Below, in pieces: positions 10,530 to 18,487 of a stretch of 64,000 nt of DNA (positions within the stretch are counted from its first letter, which is position 1; each line of letters begins with the position of its first letter). Source of the stretch: an uncultured Pseudanabaenaceae cyanobacterium (GTDB taxonomy: Bacteria > Cyanobacteriota > Cyanobacteriia > PCC-9006 > JAAUQQ01); assembly GCA_937949725.1 (NCBI GenBank), contig CALECT010000017.1, forward strand, positions 13,243 to 77,242, in the 5' to 3' direction. The notes beneath the pieces are model-generated. The model was not told the DNA's origin. It made no database searches and worked only from the letters and a program-made list of their open reading frames with translations. The position numbers were made by a program, and so were the translations under genes.

Positions 10530-10776
10530 GATGGCTCTGAGATGGAGGAGGAATGGCCAGTCGAGGCCATAGCTAGACAGGTCGAACCGCTGAAAGACCA
10601 GTTCTCAAGGCTTTGGGGCAAGGCTGGGGAGCATTGCGCTTTCAGGAGCCTCAGGTCAATCAGTGCTAATGACGACAGATTTAGATCCTAACATTGGATC
10701 CCAGCTAGAGAGCATTTCCCTAACCGAAGTTTGGGAAACGCAATCCAAACTCCAGTTCTAGGGAATTCCCCCCGCA

Positions 10777-11661
10777 TTATTGCCTTGTCACCGTTACTTC
10801 TAGGGCTGCTTGTTGGGGTTGTACTCCATTGCTGTCGATTACCCAAGTGGCTGATTCCAAGGTGATCTCATCTATCTGGGGCACAATGCCATAACTCTGT
10901 TGGAAGGCGCGGGTTTCGCCGGGGGCGAGCTGATCTTGGTGCAACGCCAGGGGAGCTTGGAATTGTCCAGCGGCCTGGCCGTCACTGTGACTATAGACCA
11001 GGGCGATCGCTGAAATCGGCTGCCGAGTGCGGTTGGTCACACAACCTGTCAGCAAATCCTCTCCTCCTTTGGATTCGAGCTGGAGATCGCTGAGCAAAAT
11101 GTCGGCACTACCAGGGGCTGCAACTTGACATTCTGCAGAGCTCACGGCAGCAATGGCGCTGCGGTTCATCTGAGAACGTCGATGCACCGGATCCTGTTCG
11201 GATAGACCGTCAGCCATGGCCAGGCTGGGGGAGGCTCCCTCGGCACTGGCTCGGCGTATTTGGCCCAGGGCTCCGTCCAAGCGCTTTTCATAGTCAATGA
11301 TTTTGGCCCGAGCTGAACTGTACATCGGACTGCCTTGGGGGATGGCCTTGAGGAAATTCAAGGCACGTTCCCAGCTCATGGCTGCTCGCTCCCAGTCGCC
11401 AGGGGTGCGAGCTCGATCTGCGGCATGTTGAGCATTGCCACCCAAAGCCACCGCCGCTTTATATAGCGCGTTAGGGTCGGGGAGGGTCGCAGCCTCCACC
11501 GCTGCGGTTTCTCCCAGAATGGCCCCATAGCCTCCCAAGCCTGAACTGTCGGATTCCCCCTCCTGTAGATGGCGAGATAACTTGGTTTCTTCACAGCCAC
11601 TCAGCAAAAAGAGGAGCGACCCTGATGCGATCGGCACCAAACGACGAAGGTTTAGCGTCAT
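10777..11661 (-). CDS. putative lipoprotein of unknown function
   Basis: 294 aa. N-terminal signal peptide with a lipobox (LLFLLSGC). No recognisable catalytic domain. Confidence 0.55.
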   Translation of the reverse strand: MTLNLRRLVPIASGSLLFLLSGCEETKLSRHLQEGESDSSGLGGYGAILGETAAVEAATLPDPNALYKAAVALGGNAQHAADRARTPGDWERAAMSWERALNFLKAIPQGSPMYSSARAKIIDYEKRLDGALGQIRRASAEGASPSLAMADGLSEQDPVHRRSQMNRSAIAAVSSAECQVAAPGSADILLSDLQLESKGGEDLLTGCVTNRTRQPISAIALVYSHSDGQAAGQFQAPLALHQDQLAPGETRAFQQSYGIVPQIDEITLESATWVIDSNGVQPQQAALEVTVTRQ

Positions 11662-12138
11662 AGATATTTATTCGTAAGCACAGCAATGTTTGAGTTGGCC
11701 ATGGGCCTGCGATGGCAAGGGGGAACCGCAAGGCTATAGCCTGTATGTGACCGGCGAATCACTAGACTTCAATGTTCCCGGACATTCCGCAAAAAATGCA
11801 GACTTGCTGAGGCAACAAAGCCTATCAGGATAGAAAAAAGATGATTTTTGAAAGAAGAGAAATTGTGCTGCGGAATATACTGATTTTGTTTACTAATTAT
11901 AGTTAACTGAAAAGCTATTTCTGCTTAGGAAATATTATGTGCTTCTCGCAAGCACAAGACTCTCCTAATCATTACGGCATAAGCGGTTTGGCCGAGCCTG
12001 AAGTCATGGTTTCATCTTTTACCGAGGTGATTCGGTTTACGTTGAATTGCTGTCGCCATTATCTTCTGACAGGAAGAATAAGATAGTGGGGCACAAAAAT
12101 AAAGATTCTATGAAATTGTTCGGATTGATGATCTGCTG

Positions 12139-13137
12139 TCAACTGAAAGACTTAAAAGCAGAGTCTTTAAAGCCACGCTGAAAGGCATTATTTTCTGCTC
12201 CATAGAAAATTTCCATGAGGATTTCTAAGGAGTCAACAAGTCTAGGTCCCGGTCGATTGAAATACTGATTTCCATCTGTGAGATAGACCTGATTGGATTG
12301 AACAGCCTTGAGCTGATGCCACCCAGGTTTTGAAGTGAGTGCTGTCATCTCTGCTGCTGTTTTATCTAGATCAAAACCGCAAGGCATGGTGACAATGATG
12401 TTCGGGTCCGCATCCAAGAGCCCTTGCCATTCCATCCAAGGGGAATGTTTGCCCACCTCACCAAAGAGATTTTCGCCTCCGGCTAGGTCCACTAACTCTG
12501 GCACCCAATTGCCCGCAGCCATCAGGGGTTCAATCCATTCAATGCATGCAACTTTGGGGCGTTTGGGGAATTGTTGCTCTGGGGTGCCAAAGGGCTGGGG
12601 CTGGAGCTGCTGCTTCACCAGGGTCTCGCAGCGGTCCACTCGGGTTTGGAGCCGGGCCAGGAGCGTTTCACCGGCTTGCTCGGCACCGAGGGCGGCCGCC
12701 ACTTGGATGATATCGGCCCAGAGATCTGCCAGGCGGTTGGGCTGGAGGGAAATAATTTGAGGTTGGGAGTCCACAAGGTTTGCAACGGCCTGTTGCACAT
12801 CGTCTAGGCTCACGGCGCAGACCTCACATTGGGCCTGGGTGAGGATGTGGGTGGGTTGAAGCTCCTGGAGCAACGCAGCGTCAACTTGATAGCAGCTGAG
12901 GGCAGATTGGAGGAGATCGGTAACGCGATCGTGGACTTCCTGGCTGGTGCCTTCGGGGTTAAATTTTGGCGCGGTGCAGGCGGGAAGTTTACCTACGGAG
13001 GCGGGGTAGTCGCATTCGTGGGAGCGCCCCACTAAAAACTCCCCCAGCCCCAGGGAGGCGACCAGTTCGGTCGCGCTGGGAATGAGGGAGATAATGCGCA
13101 GTCCTTGGGGTTGGCGTTGCAGAGAGAACTCAGGCAT
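12139..13137 (-). CDS. BtuF/FhuD-like (TroA-fold) cobalamin or Fe-siderophore-type binding protein, apparently without a signal peptide
   Basis: 332 aa. It begins directly with the class-III periplasmic-binding-protein motif RIISLIPSATELVASLGL… (compare BtuF RVVSLSPSNTEL). No hydrophobic leader, and no in-frame upstream extension is available. Confidence 0.6.
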   Translation of the reverse strand: MPEFSLQRQPQGLRIISLIPSATELVASLGLGEFLVGRSHECDYPASVGKLPACTAPKFNPEGTSQEVHDRVTDLLQSALSCYQVDAALLQELQPTHILTQAQCEVCAVSLDDVQQAVANLVDSQPQIISLQPNRLADLWADIIQVAAALGAEQAGETLLARLQTRVDRCETLVKQQLQPQPFGTPEQQFPKRPKVACIEWIEPLMAAGNWVPELVDLAGGENLFGEVGKHSPWMEWQGLLDADPNIIVTMPCGFDLDKTAAEMTALTSKPGWHQLKAVQSNQVYLTDGNQYFNRPGPRLVDSLEILMEIFYGAENNAFQRGFKDSAFKSFS

Positions 13138-13304
13138 GGTTCTGGCTCGGCGGCGCTTCCGCCGGTTGAGACTGTTTCTTGGGGGTGTGGGATGGGGATT
13201 GAATCAAATGGCTGACGTCTGAAACCTTGCTGGACATGGCATTGACATGTCCCTACGGCAAAATCAAAAGACGGCGGCATCAAATCTGATTCGGACCCCA
13301 TTCA

Positions 13305-14396
13305 TTAGGACTGGCAGCTGCTGGGGGGCAGCACTGGACCGAGGTTGATTTTGCTAAAGGTGGAGAGGTCTAGGAGGGCGCTGCTGTAGAAGGGCTTGTC
13401 GTTGACAACGCGGGTGCGGCGGACGCGCAGGAAGTCGCTGCTGCCCAGGCTACGGAAGTCTTCACCCAGATCCAAGGCTTCATCGGTGTAGGGGTAGGCA
13501 AAACCGGAGACGGTGCTGTTGTTGCCCTGGCCGAAGACGCAGTGGGAGCTGTCGCTGTCGATGTAGGCGAAGTTGCCCGTGATGCGATCGCCCGTCTTAT
13601 TGAAGATAAACAGCGCACCGCCGTCCTTCAGCAATTGCTCATCGCTGACGGTTTCACCCTGAGCCTTACCGTTCCAAAGGCGATAGTTGCCATCGGGGAG
13701 CTGGGCGATGTTGATGGGATTTTGGCGAGGGCTGGAAGTTGCAACAGTGGTCGCAGGAGCCGTCGTTGCAGGGGCCGTCGTTGCGGGAGTTGCGGCTGCA
13801 GGTGTAGCAGCAGTGGGAGCCCCTACCGGATCCGTGACCAGTGTAGGAGTGCCGGTATCCTCGACGCCGCCATTGGCTGGGGCCACTGCTGGGTTGCTAG
13901 GCACATCCCGAGGGGCAATGGGTGCACTGGTGGCAGGCACTTGGCGCACAGGGAGAGCAGCTTGCTCTGGAGGGGCTTCCCCGGCAATGTCATTGCTCCA
14001 GCAGGAGAGGGAATTGTTGACGGTGCCGAAACCGTTGGCGGAGGGGTAGCCGATGAGGTCGTTGTAGTACTCGGGATTTTCCAGCAAGACGCGCTTGGCG
14101 GCGTCTAGACCGGTGTTTTCCAGGGTGATTTCCCGTTTGGGAGACACAACAACAACGGAAGGCCCCCGGTTGGAGCGGGAGGGGATTTCCTGGTAGGTGA
14201 AGGTTGTGTCGCCGTTGATCTCGTTGATCGTGATGGCTGCGCGATCGCCCAAGGGATTGCTTTTGCCCGAAGCGGGGTCAAAAGAGCAGCTTTGAGTGGG
14301 GACATTGCTAGCCTGGGCCATACCTATGGCCCCCATAGAGAGTAGGGGGGCGATGGCCAAGGCAAACCATGCCGGGGTCAGTCGTTGGCTAAGCAT
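13305..14396 (-). CDS. secreted two-domain protein of unknown function with a Pro/Thr/Ala linker
   Basis: 363 aa with an N-terminal signal peptide (…LLSMGAIGMAQA), a central low-complexity linker (PTAATPAAATPATTAPATTAPATT) and Cys-containing terminal domains. Confidence 0.55.
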   Translation of the reverse strand: MLSQRLTPAWFALAIAPLLSMGAIGMAQASNVPTQSCSFDPASGKSNPLGDRAAITINEINGDTTFTYQEIPSRSNRGPSVVVVSPKREITLENTGLDAAKRVLLENPEYYNDLIGYPSANGFGTVNNSLSCWSNDIAGEAPPEQAALPVRQVPATSAPIAPRDVPSNPAVAPANGGVEDTGTPTLVTDPVGAPTAATPAAATPATTAPATTAPATTVATSSPRQNPINIAQLPDGNYRLWNGKAQGETVSDEQLLKDGGALFIFNKTGDRITGNFAYIDSDSSHCVFGQGNNSTVSGFAYPYTDEALDLGEDFRSLGSSDFLRVRRTRVVNDKPFYSSALLDLSTFSKINLGPVLPPSSCQS

Positions 14397-14978
14397 GGAA
14401 GTTCTCCTCTAGGGCACAAACACAACACAAATTAAAAACGAGCGATCAACCGTCAGGACTGTATTACTCATCCCACCGGAGGTCGGTCTTCCCATTGTAG
14501 TGAGACGAGCGGGGAACAGTTTTGCTCCCGCGAAGCACTAACTACTGCAAATTCACAAGCAATTGTTCCGGAAAAGTACGGTCTTTACCAGATGCTCATA
14601 ATTTACCGTCCTGCCATAAATACTGTCATCTTTGAATACTGTCCGGGCGCAAGTGAACTTTTTATCAATGTTTCAAGTCTTTAGGGGCTGCTAGTTCGGC
14701 TCGACTGGCTGCTGGGATGAACCTTCCTCGTGGCAAGACTTATAGCATTCGTGAGGGGCGAGAGCCTCGGCAGCTTTCTCTGTGAGTCAATAAAATATTG
14801 ACGTAACGGAGTTACGGCTTTGCCCAGGTGATTGCTATAGATGCGGTCTCTCGGTGATTGCTCCGTCGATTGTTTGTCGGAGCCATACCAGTGAAGTCTT
14901 GGCCTAAGTGGCATCACCCGCTACTGTTTAGTCGCTCGCTGGTCACATCTACAATGTTGTTTCTAGAACGATTCTCTT

Positions 14979-15965
14979 TTGAGCAACCCGCCCTCCTCTA
15001 ATTCTGAGGTTGATTCCCAGTCCCAGCAAGCTTCGCCTGTTGAGGAGCGATCTGCACCAGTGAAGAAAGCGGTGGATCGTTTCATCGGCCGTTTTTTGCT
15101 GCGTTCAATTTTGCTGGTGGTGACAGCGGCAACGTTGCTGGATATATATGAGTGGCGTTATGGCGAGTTGAATATTTTTGAGCCAAAGGGGGAGGCGAGT
15201 AAGCCGATTCCATTGGCAATGGATGGGGGAGACCCTTATCTGCGGGCGCTGATGCGGACGATTTCTGCGAGTGAGTCGAATGTGCCTCGGCCCTATTCAG
15301 TCATTTATGGCGGGGAGTATTTTCGGGGGTGGAATTCCCATCCTGATGATTGTGTCTATATCCCGGTAGGGCCAAATACGGGGAATTGTTCGACGGCAGC
15401 AGGGCGGTATCAGTTCATCACGACGACTTGGGAGGAGCAGGCGCGGAAGTATCATCCCCATCAGCCTAAGGTTTTGTTTTGGCGACCTTATCCATTTGAT
15501 CCAACATCTCAGGATGTGGTGCTGCATCGCTGGCTGGAAGATAACTATGAGTGGGGCGTGGATTTATCCCAGCTTTTGCGGGAAGGCCAGGTTGAGCAGG
15601 TGTTGAAGATCCTGTCGCCGACTTGGACGAGTCTGGGCTACGGGATTGAGACAAACAGTATGTCAGCTTATTTGCCCAATATTTATTGGGAGATGTTGGA
15701 TGAGGAGTTGGCAGCGTTAGCCCCGGTAGAACCGGTGGAGGTTCAGCCCTCTACAACGGGGAATTTTGGCCCAGGTGAGTCTGGGCTAGGTGAGCCAGTG
15801 CAGACCTATGCGGAGGATTGGGAGAGTGAGTCAGAAGCGGGGGATGAGTTGGAGAATTCTGAGTCAGTGGTTTCAGATGGGTCTGAAGCTGAGACTTTAC
15901 GGGATGGGTTAGCCGAGATTGCTGGAGGCTCACGGAAGTTGGTAGAGGCTTTATTGGGCAGATAA
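14979..15965 (+). CDS. membrane-anchored phage lambda R-type lysozyme / lytic-transglycosylase-like protein with an acidic C-terminal tail
   Basis: The N-terminal TM helix (FLLRSILLVVTAATLL) is followed by a domain that aligns motif-for-motif with lambda lysozyme R. SESNVPRPYSVIYGGEYFRGWNSHPDD matches SEGTDNGR…YDVIVGGELFTDYSDHPR, and CSTAAGRYQFITTTWEEQARKY matches STGAGRYQLLSRWWDAYRKQL. The last ~90 aa are strongly acidic (E/D/S-rich). Confidence 0.7.
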   Translation: MSNPPSSNSEVDSQSQQASPVEERSAPVKKAVDRFIGRFLLRSILLVVTAATLLDIYEWRYGELNIFEPKGEASKPIPLAMDGGDPYLRALMRTISASESNVPRPYSVIYGGEYFRGWNSHPDDCVYIPVGPNTGNCSTAAGRYQFITTTWEEQARKYHPHQPKVLFWRPYPFDPTSQDVVLHRWLEDNYEWGVDLSQLLREGQVEQVLKILSPTWTSLGYGIETNSMSAYLPNIYWEMLDEELAALAPVEPVEVQPSTTGNFGPGESGLGEPVQTYAEDWESESEAGDELENSESVVSDGSEAETLRDGLAEIAGGSRKLVEALLGR

Positions 15966-16015
15966 CATAGACGTTTTACTGTCCTTAACCAACCGTCAGA
16001 GTGACCGAACGCTTG

Positions 16016-18277
16016 CTATCCCTGAGTTTCCAGAGCAGCTCCCATATATTCTCCCCACAGGTAGGCTGCATTACCGCTGCTGCCACTGGTAGGGCTGTTG
16101 TCATCATTGCCTAGCCAAACACCAGTGACCAATTGCTGGTTGGGCAGATAGCCCACAAACCAAAGATCCACCGCGTCATTGGTCGTGCCAGTTTTTCCCG
16201 CAACGCCTTGCCCCGGCAAGGATGCGCCTCGGCCCGTGCCACTGGCTACGCCCTGTTGGAGCATTTGGGTCATGGTGTTCGCTACCTCAGGGCGGATGAC
16301 TTGGCGGTTCTGGCCCGGCGTCTGGCTAAAGTCGTAGACCAAGCGGCAGGTCTGGTAGCTGTTGGGATCGTCACATTGATTGCTATCGAAAATACGGGTA
16401 ATCGCGTGGGGCTTGCTGTAGCTGCCGCCGTTGGCTAGGACAGAGTAGGCACTCACCATTTCCAGGGGGCGTACTTCGCTTTGACCCAGGACTAAGCCTG
16501 GCACTGGGTTTAAGTCTGCAGTGATGCCCATTTTCTGAGCCGTGGCGGCAACGGCTTCTAAGCCAGCTTCCTTGGCGATACGCAGAGCAACGGCATTTTC
16601 GGATTGGGCTAGACCGCGAAACATGTCGATATTGCCACCGCTGCGTTCACAGCCGCTGTAGCCCTGCCCTCCCCAGTTGAGAGGAGCACAGGAAAAAGTT
16701 TGTCTTGCGGAAATCCCTTTTTCGAGTGCAGCGGCGTAGGCAAAGGCTTTGAAGGTGGAGCCGGGTTGCCGCAGAGCTTGGATCGCTCGGTTGAACTGGC
16801 TTTCGGAGTAATCAACGCCACCCACGAGGGCGACGATCGCCCCATTACTCGCATCCATCGTTACCACTGCTCCTTGGGAAAAGCCATAACGCGACCCTTC
16901 TGCTTGGACCGTTTTACGCAGACTTGACTCGGCCAAATTTTGCAGAGCGAGGTTCAGCTCCGTTTCAATCACAAAATTGCCTTCTCTGGCTGTCTGGTTT
17001 CCCAGCAACGTCTCTAGCTCGTCAAGAATTTGCCCGTAGAAATAGGGCGACAGGGTATTGTTGGTTGCTTGACAGACGCCTGTATCAATAACGATGGGAG
17101 ATCGCCGTCCCGCGCTGGCTTCTTCTGGACTAATCATGTCCAGTTCCACCATGCGATTAATCACCCGATTGCGCAGATTCCGAGCAGTCTCCATATCGCT
17201 GCAAGGGCTGAATCCATTGGGGGAAGGGAGAATGCCCACCAGGGTCGCCGATTCCGAGAGGGTGAGGTCGGCAGCGGACTTGTTGAAATACTTTTGGGCT
17301 GCATCTTCAAAGCCATAGCCCACGCCCAAGTACACCCGGTTCATGTAGGTCTTGAGCAAAAAATCCTTGCTGTAGAAGGTTTCCAGCTTCATCGCTACGA
17401 GAATCTCCTTGATTTTCCGGCTGGCGGAATCATCTTGGCCCACATAGTCGGGGTAGAGGCTGCGGGCAATCTGCTGGGTGACGGTGCTGGCCCCTTCTCG
17501 AATGCTGCCACTCTTGAGATTGATCAACATGGCAGAGGCGACGCGCACCGGGTCAAAGCCCACATGCCAGTAGTAGCGGGAATCCTCTGAAGCAACGATC
17601 GCCTTAGGCAAGTAGGACGAAAAGTCCGAAATTTTATCCAATTCCCGGTGGGAGTCACTGCGCAGGGTTTGCAGCGGCGTACCGTCTCCGGCATAGGCGG
17701 CAATGGGGCCTTGCACCGTACCGAGCTGTTTGACGGAAAAGTTACGCCATTCCAGGGCAATCAGCCCTGCACCCAGCGCCACAAAACCCACTGCACCGTA
17801 GATGCAGCCCTTGAACAGTCGCTGATACCAGGCGGGCGGGTTGATGTAGCGCAGTTGCACACCATTGGCTAGCTCCGGTGGGCCGAGGCTAATGATGTCT
17901 TTGTGTTGGAGTTCGAGGCGGTTGTAGCGTTTCTTTTTCCAATAAAAGCCGTTGGTGGAGCCCTCGTCCTTGATCATAAAGCCGGTGCCCTTGCGGCGGC
18001 TGCGATTGAGTGAGACGTGGACCTGGCTGACGATTGGGTTGCTGACGGTGATGTCGCAGGCACTGGAGCTGCGGCCAATTAAGTAGCGATCGCCCACCAG
18101 TGGAAAGCTACGTTGACTTTCTTTGTCCTCTCCATCCTCAATGCGCACCTCCGGCACCCTGGCATTGCGCCGCAGCTCCACCTTGGAGAAAGCCATTTGG
18201 GTCTGCGCCTGCTTCACCAGTTGGGTGATGGAACCCAGGAGTGTTTTCGGTTTTTTGGGGGGAGGCGTTTGGCTCAT
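16016..18277 (-). CDS. class A penicillin-binding protein (PBP1A-type transglycosylase/transpeptidase) with an N-terminal cytoplasmic FHA domain
   Basis: 753 aa. The N-terminal region has FHA motifs (YLIGRSSSACDITVSNPIVSQVHVSL…IKDEGSTNGFYWKKKRY). This is followed by a TM helix and the GT51 motifs (ASEDSRYYWH, …TVTQQIARSLY…). The transpeptidase motifs STFK (PGSTFKAFAY), SEN (AQSENAVAL) and KTGTT are all present. Confidence 0.88.
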   Translation of the reverse strand: MSQTPPPKKPKTLLGSITQLVKQAQTQMAFSKVELRRNARVPEVRIEDGEDKESQRSFPLVGDRYLIGRSSSACDITVSNPIVSQVHVSLNRSRRKGTGFMIKDEGSTNGFYWKKKRYNRLELQHKDIISLGPPELANGVQLRYINPPAWYQRLFKGCIYGAVGFVALGAGLIALEWRNFSVKQLGTVQGPIAAYAGDGTPLQTLRSDSHRELDKISDFSSYLPKAIVASEDSRYYWHVGFDPVRVASAMLINLKSGSIREGASTVTQQIARSLYPDYVGQDDSASRKIKEILVAMKLETFYSKDFLLKTYMNRVYLGVGYGFEDAAQKYFNKSAADLTLSESATLVGILPSPNGFSPCSDMETARNLRNRVINRMVELDMISPEEASAGRRSPIVIDTGVCQATNNTLSPYFYGQILDELETLLGNQTAREGNFVIETELNLALQNLAESSLRKTVQAEGSRYGFSQGAVVTMDASNGAIVALVGGVDYSESQFNRAIQALRQPGSTFKAFAYAAALEKGISARQTFSCAPLNWGGQGYSGCERSGGNIDMFRGLAQSENAVALRIAKEAGLEAVAATAQKMGITADLNPVPGLVLGQSEVRPLEMVSAYSVLANGGSYSKPHAITRIFDSNQCDDPNSYQTCRLVYDFSQTPGQNRQVIRPEVANTMTQMLQQGVASGTGRGASLPGQGVAGKTGTTNDAVDLWFVGYLPNQQLVTGVWLGNDDNSPTSGSSGNAAYLWGEYMGAALETQG

Positions 18278-18487
18278 CAGGGCTGGGGGAGATGCGGGCT
18301 CTGGCCGATTTATTTTAGTCCCTGGCGCTTAAAACCGTGTCCGGTGTCGCCAAGTATTAAGTGGATTCACGGGGATGTCGCGGCATTTCGGGAAAACATC
18401 GTTGGCATTTCGTGGGGGCTCTAAACAGAAGATGCGCTGTCCATGGACAGCGCATCTTCTGTTTCTGCGTTGAAAATATGGCTGGCT

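Noticed and set aside
9486-10691. Plus-strand ORFs of 185 and 169 aa overlapping sir
   Set aside because: They lie entirely within and antisense to the well-supported sulfite reductase gene, and have no recognisable domains.
17030-17590. 186-aa plus-strand ORF inside the FHA-PBP1A gene, and a similar one at 13542-14108 inside the secreted-protein gene
   Set aside because: Antisense shadows of strongly supported genes.
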